This document shows, one piece after another, positions 31,940 through 32,567 of a stretch of DNA of 32,567 nucleotides. The stretch comes from Heterodontus francisci (lineage: Eukaryota). The notes beneath the pieces are model-generated. The model saw only the letters and a program-made list of their open reading frames with translations. It ran no database searches and was not told the origin of the DNA. The position numbers and the translations under genes were made by a program. Positions within the stretch are counted from its first letter, which is position 1. Every line of letters begins with the position of its first letter. The stretch spans positions 1 through 32,567 of the forward strand of contig NW_027141915.1 of assembly GCF_036365525.1 (NCBI RefSeq), in the 5' to 3' direction.

Positions 31940-32456
31940 TAAATAAGGACATACTTGCATTAGAGAGAGTGCAACAACAGTTCACCAAACTGATTCCGGG
32001 GATGAGGGGATTCTCCCAGGAGGAGAGGTTGAGTAGATTGGCCTATATTCCCCCGAGTTTAGAAGGATGCGAGGTGATCCTCATTGAAACATATCAAATT
32101 CTTCAGGGCTTTGACAGGGTGAGATGCTGAGAGGCTTTTTCCCCCCCTGGCTGGGGAATCTACAACACAGGGTCACAGACTCAGAATAAGGGTCAGCCAT
32201 TTGGGGCTTGTGATGAAGAGAACTTTCTTCACTCAGAGGGTTGTGAATCTTTAGAATTCTCTACCCCAGAGAGCTGTCGATGCTCAATCATGGAGCGTAT
32301 TCAAGGCTAAGATTGATAAATATTTGGGATTAAGGAAGAGGGGTAGAGTGCAGCAAGGAGATGTTGAGCTAGAAGATCAACCACGATCTTACTGAATAGC
32401 AGAGCAGGCTCGAAGGGCCGAATGGCCTACGTCTGCTGCTATTCTTATGTTCTTAT
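31940..32456 (+). mobile_element. CR1-clade LINE 3' end
   Basis: Remnants KDILALERVQQQFTKLIPGM, FRRMRGD and NFFTQRVVNL, with tail gggccgaatggcctac...ttcttatgttctta. Confidence 0.85.
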
Positions 32457-32567
32457 TTAGCTACAGAAAAATCAAAGTACTTGATAAATTGCAGACAAGA
32501 ATTTGTGACTATTAAAGAAAGTTTGAATGACTCTTTTCCTTCGTCTGATTGTTTTCCATTCTGGACA

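Overview
This is a vertebrate antigen-receptor locus: the 3' end of a T-cell receptor alpha (TRA) locus on the + strand. The repeat content (CR1-clade LINEs, Deu- and Meta-type SINEs, Penelope-like remnants) suggests a cartilaginous fish, but this is an inference. I count 29 TRAJ segments between 148 and 21164, each with a nonamer/spacer/heptamer RSS (12-bp spacer except where noted), an FGxG motif and a splice donor. About 24 look usable and 5 have defective RSS or reading frames. The first ~14.6 kb is a tandem array of a ~3.8-kb six-J cassette (families A-F, ~4.2 copies; the fourth copy lacks J-C). Five single-copy J segments follow, then the three coding exons of TRAC (26758-27528) and a probable untranslated exon 4. 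The most unusual finds are two sense-strand Penelope-type minimal hammerhead ribozyme sequences within the J-C transcription unit, one of them with an intact core. Other notable items are CDR3-focused diversification of the duplicated J paralogs, a microhomology-generated orphan half-J with its own splice donor, a likely RSS micro-conversion, a hAT MITE, and a SINE sharing its 3' tail with a LINE in the same window. Most ORFs in the supplied track are spurious or are retroelement remnants.
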